In this document: one piece after another, positions 62,010 to 64,000 of the stretch
How the letters are laid out: every line of letters starts with the position of its first letter
Numbering within the stretch: the stretch's first letter is position 1
Source: the human T2T-CHM13v2.0 reference genome, Homo sapiens
Length of the DNA stretch: 64,000 nt
NCBI RefSeq assembly: GCF_009914755.1
Contig: NC_060927.1
Direction: 5' to 3' (one strand)
Program-made: the position numbers and the translations under genes
The notes under the pieces: model-generated
Databases searched by the model: none
What the model was told of the DNA's origin: nothing
The model's input: only the letters and a program-made list of their open reading frames with translations

Positions 62010-62838
62010 GGACAGTTTTCTAAAGAAGAGATACATGCAGCCAAGAAGAATATTTTAAAAAGCTCAATATCACTGATCATTAGAAATATGTAAATCAAAA
62101 CCACAATGAGATACCATCTCACACACTGTTTAGTAATGGCTATTACTAAAAAGTAAAAAAAAAACAAAACAGATGCTGGTGAGGTTGCAGAGAAAAGGGA
62201 ACACTTATACACTGTTGGTGGGAGTGTAAATTAGTTCAACCATTGTGGAAAGCAGTATGGCAATTTCTCAAAGAGTTCAAAGCAGAACTACCATTCAACC
62301 CAGTAATCCCATTACTGGGCATATGCCCAGAGGAATATAAATCATTCTACCATAAAGACACATGCATGCAAATGTTTATTGCAGCACTATTCACAATAGC
62401 AAAGATATGGAGTCAACCTAACTGCCCTCAAAGACAGATTTGATAAAGAAAATGTGGTACATATACACCATGGAATACTATGCAGCCATAAAAAGAATGA
62501 GATCATGTCTTTTATGGGAACATGGGTGGAACTGAAGGCCATTACCCTTAGCAAACTAATACAGCAACAGGAAACCAAATACCACATGTTCTGACTTATA
62601 AGTGGGAGCTAAATCATGAGGACTCATGAACACAAAGAAGGGAACAAAAGACACTGGGGCCTCCTTGAAGTGGAGGGCGGGAGAAAGGAAAGGAGCAGCA
62701 AAAATAATTTTGGGTAGTAGGTTTAGTATCTTGGTGATGAAATAATCTGTACAACAAACCCCTGTGACACGAGTTTACCTATGTAGCAAATCTGCACATG
62801 TACCCCAGAACCTAAAATAAAAGTTAAAAAAATAAAAG
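62010..62838 (+). mobile_element. 5'-truncated older L1PA (L1PA13-16-like) 3' end
   Basis: ORF2 C-terminal remnant (ORF 62243-62443), L1PA 3' UTR and A tail; agaatataa on both flanks. Confidence 0.88.
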
Positions 62839-64000
62839 AATATAATATAAGATTATAAAAATAAAAGGGGATAGCTGATGGAGCAATGTCCCAAAGAGGC
62901 AGGAAGAACTGGGACTGGAAAGCACAGTGTGGTCTGCATGTAGGAGGGACATCTCAGGCAGCTTCATAAACAGAGTCTGTTACAGTGCTGGGGCCAGAGA
63001 TTGCTGAAGAGGGCAGTCCGGATGGGTTCAGATGTAGACATGGGGTAGGGAAGGAGGAGAAAGAAGTTAAGGAAATTCACATTTTGTTGCTTCTATTCTC
63101 TCTGAAATATCAACAAAGGTCATTTCTGGGTGAAAGCACAGAATAGTAGGGTAGAGTTGGAGACTGGATAACAGGGTTGAACATATGTATTTGTTGGTGA
63201 GGTGGACAGAAGATAGTATTGACCAGGGCTCTTCAAGTTCTGGGCATTGTTTGGAGTGAAGCCAAAACTGATAAGTGAAGTCTTCGAGGTAACACTAACA
63301 TATGTGTTGAGCAGTTTGTTTGCAAAAGGAAAGAAGATGGCCTGTGGAATAATTCATATTTGCATGCAAATCCAGAGCAGTGGAAGGAAAAAGGAACAAG
63401 CTTGCAGAGGATGTTTAAAGTGACACATTACGGCATCTAGCTTGGATAGTTCCCAAATGAAACCAGAAGGGGCTAAAATAGAATAAGACATTTTTGCTTA
63501 AAAATGGCAGATTAAACACAACTTTTATCTCTCCAATTTCCCTAAACTCTACTCAATTGGCAGGAAACGGATTTTTTTAAGGGCATAAGTCAAATGACAA
63601 AGGGAATGGGAGCAGAGACAATGGTAACTACATTTTGGAAGCTGAAAGCAGAAGAACAGTGGCAACTGACTTACTTAGCAAAAACATAAGTCAGGAGTTA
63701 GAGACACCAGGTATCTCTGAAAGGAGGAATGCAAGAAGGACTAAGGATAGAAGACATAATTATCTCTTTGAGAAGCATACAGATGCCCAGCTTCTCTCCC
63801 TAGCCCAAACATAAAACATGAAGTCTATGATCTGGAAATGATGAAGCAGAAGTCTTTCAACTGGAGGACATGCCCATAGATAGAAACGGAGGACATCCCC
63901 TCGGTTGCAAGAATAATTGCCATGACTCTTTTTGTGCCTTTTTGCTAATAAATATGTGAACATTTGGCAGAATTTAACATTGATCGCCAAGCAAAGTATG

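Overview
Human/hominoid genomic DNA carrying the 5' end of RYK, the Wnt-binding receptor tyrosine pseudokinase, on the minus strand. Coding exon 1 (37796-37565) lies in a CpG-island promoter. A 27.9-kb intron 1 follows, then exon 2 (9685-9564) and part of intron 2; about 26 kb upstream holds no gene I can recognise. Almost all ORFs in the supplied track are Alu, L1, LTR or low-complexity artefacts. The rest is a dense repeat landscape: about 27 Alus, nested L1s, an LTR13 solo LTR, MaLR LTRs, MER, MIR and L2. I see no new multi-gene system. The most unusual items are (1) a 206-bp non-Alu/non-L1 insert with a poly(A) tail and a perfect 16-bp TSD, (2) two uORFs joined by an AUGA stop-start overlap, plus an in-frame Kozak-context ACG and a G4 motif in the RYK leader, and (3) a sense-oriented LTR13 with CTCF, AP-1 and poly(A) motifs 1.5 kb from exon 2. 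Repeat subfamily calls are from memory of consensus sequences, and old-repeat boundaries are approximate.
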